Source: a bacterium
GTDB taxonomy: Bacteria > Patescibacteriota > Microgenomatia > UBA1400 > PJMF01
Direction: 5' to 3'
NCBI GenBank assembly: GCA_900299405.1
Contig: OMJP01000011.1
Location: 1-43,542, forward strand
Length of the DNA: 43,542 nt
Positions 42,911 through 43,542 of this stretch are shown here, piece by piece. The translations under genes and the position numbers were made by a program. The notes below the pieces were generated by a model. That model was given only the letters and a program-made list of their open reading frames with translations, did not search any database and had not been told where the DNA came from. Within the stretch, counting starts at the first letter, position 1; each line of letters opens with the position of its first letter.

Positions 42911-43494
42911 AAAAACTGTTTGGCGCGATTCTGATCGCTGGATTGCTAGTAATAAGTATGGTGACCATCACTCGGGCACTGCTGCAAGATGTCGAGTACG
43001 TCACTGGCAACAAAGTGATCGGAGCGACCGTGAACCTACAGGTCGGCGACAACGACCCCAGCACCGTCAGCTTCATCTTCAACAAGGTTAAGCCTGGAGA
43101 GGAGCGAGAGTTTTCTGTACCTATCGCCAGTGTCGGTGGCTACATCGGCAATTTCTGGTATGAGCTCAACACCAGTAACAGCATAGAAGGAGAAAATCCA
43201 GAATCGGAAACCGAGACCACCGGGGAGGGTGAGCTAGACGACTGCGCCGAAGTTTTCGTCAATTTCGAAAACACCGATAACGGACAAGTGGCCTCGTCGC
43301 TGGACTGGACCACAGTCAATCAAGTCGGCAACCAGGAGCAATTTTGGGGCAACTCTCCAGATGCCTGGGTTGGTACTGGAGTAGCTCAATTCAACCTCAA
43401 GCTGCGTACCGACGCTTGTGAATCGGACTCGATGGGTGATGGCTTTGACCTAGACCTAGTGTTCCACCTAGAGGAAGTGCCAGCACAAAACTAA
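42907..43494 (+). CDS. TasA/camelysin (peptidase M73)-like secreted fibre protein with a SipW-type signal peptide
   Basis: MKKLFGAILIAGLLVISMVTITRALLQDVEYVTGNKVIGATVNLQV matches the SipW-cognate pattern (A-x-F/L-x-D-x-E...N-x-F/V-x-A/G-T-L/V-D/N-L). Also KPGEEREFSVPIASVG and a C-terminal GDGFDLDLVFHL block. Confidence 0.65.
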   Translation: MKKLFGAILIAGLLVISMVTITRALLQDVEYVTGNKVIGATVNLQVGDNDPSTVSFIFNKVKPGEEREFSVPIASVGGYIGNFWYELNTSNSIEGENPESETETTGEGELDDCAEVFVNFENTDNGQVASSLDWTTVNQVGNQEQFWGNSPDAWVGTGVAQFNLKLRTDACESDSMGDGFDLDLVFHLEEVPAQN

Positions 43495-43542
43495 AATTGG
43501 CTTCGGCGGTGGAAAAACTGCGTTCTCTCTTGTGAGGGAACG

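Noticed and set aside
1-43542. CRISPR arrays, IS elements, integrases, reverse transcriptases, rRNA genes
   Set aside because: I saw no regularly spaced direct repeats. No ORF carries transposase (DDE), tyrosine or serine recombinase, RT (YxDD) or Cas signatures. No rRNA-like conserved stretches were seen.
1-43542. Alternative genetic code (UGA or UAG reassignment, as in some candidate phyla)
   Set aside because: All recognisable housekeeping genes are full length under the standard code, with stops where homologues end. No in-frame stop interrupts conserved domains.

Overview
Gene-dense chromosomal segment with about 46 protein-coding genes and one tRNA-Glu(CUC). I found no rRNA, CRISPR array, transposase or integrase. 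Standard genetic code fits. The window is mostly housekeeping. It carries replication and repair genes (dnaG, dnaX, ybaB, rmuC, rdgB, ogt, tatD), translation genes (metG, aspS, gltX, ybeY), redox genes (trxA, trxB, nitroreductase), central carbon genes (gdhA, fba, glpX, pgk) and a long co-directional cell-envelope block. That block holds a processive GT2 synthase, a GT-C glycosyltransferase, a WecA/MraY-type phosphotransferase, a DPPR-synthase-like UbiA enzyme, a YhhQ transporter and GalU. Trimmed domain architectures (AspRS without a GAD domain, short MetRS), tiny intergenic gaps and many membrane-anchored orphan proteins suggest a reduced-genome Patescibacteria/CPR-like bacterium; this is inference only. 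Six parts are not ordinary. (1) A roughly 700-bp stretch at 18.28-18.98 kb has no recognisable gene but holds three intrinsic terminators, a 24-codon and a 76-codon Cys-containing micro-ORF, and a hairpin-rich leader. This is my best candidate for something undescribed. (2) The envelope cluster has a mycobacterial-type decaprenyl-phosphate phosphoribosyltransferase homologue. (3) dnaX contains an A10 tract with immediate stops in both alternative frames. (4) The class II RNR is atypical (PPCGE instead of NPCGE), sits divergent from an adenylate-kinase-fold kinase, and lies in an accessory-looking block that ends at tRNA-Glu, where a tRNA 3'-half-like fragment is also found. (5) A TasA/camelysin-like fibre gene pair is cut by the window end. 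(6) Strong -10 boxes recur 6-10 nt upstream of start codons, suggesting leaderless transcripts. All family calls come from motif recognition by eye. No database search was run.
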